64,000 nucleotides of DNA from Heptranchias perlo. Lineage: Eukaryota. Where the stretch lies: positions 9,176,001 to 9,240,000 of the forward strand of contig NC_090349.1 in assembly GCF_035084215.1 (NCBI RefSeq), written 5' to 3'. The notes beneath the pieces are model-generated. The model was not told the origin of the DNA and did no database searches. It saw nothing but the letters and a program-made list of their open reading frames with translations. The position numbers and the translations under genes are program-made. Below are positions 63,701 to 64,000 of the stretch, piece after piece; the stretch's first letter is position 1; every line of letters begins with the position of its first letter.

Positions 63701-64000
63701 CGCCCTAAACGACGGAAGATCAGGGAACCTCTGCGGAAATTGTTTTTCAACACTGATAGTACACTTGAGAAGCATACATTGCCTTCCTGCCCGGGGGCAT
63801 GGAGCAGACTGGAACTATTGGTTGGCAAACGGTACATCGGGACAACATTGTATTGGATTGAGAGAGAAAGGAAACACGTGAAAAGGGGAAACGTGCAGTC
63901 ATTTAGCCAGCTGCCGAAAGGGAGAGAAAAGCTAATGGATGGGATCAATCATCAGAAAAGAAACACAGCTACAGGAAAAAGGAAACGAGGCCCAGGAAGA

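Overview
Vertebrate genomic DNA, inferred to be a cartilaginous fish (shark-type CR1/L2 LINEs, Deu-domain SINEs, clustered Ig organisation). It holds an immunoglobulin lambda-type light-chain locus embedded in transposon debris. Four V(J) units form a duplicated head-to-head pair, A(-) B(+) C(-) D(+). A (24675->18499) is an intact, UNREARRANGED L-V-23RSS//12RSS-J-C cluster whose V-RSS nonamer has been amplified into a 15-copy tandem array. D (51726->60715) is an intact germline-joined L-VJ-C gene. B is a pseudogene paralog of D. C is a pseudogene paralog of A that is germline-joined out of frame. Both B and C lack a C exon. The C exons of A and D are nearly identical although their flanks are unrelated, which points to gene conversion. 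The left part carries an apparently intact two-gene Harbinger transposon (DDE transposase plus a 3-exon Myb/SANT gene) and a non-autonomous derivative. All alignments were done by eye; no database searches were run.
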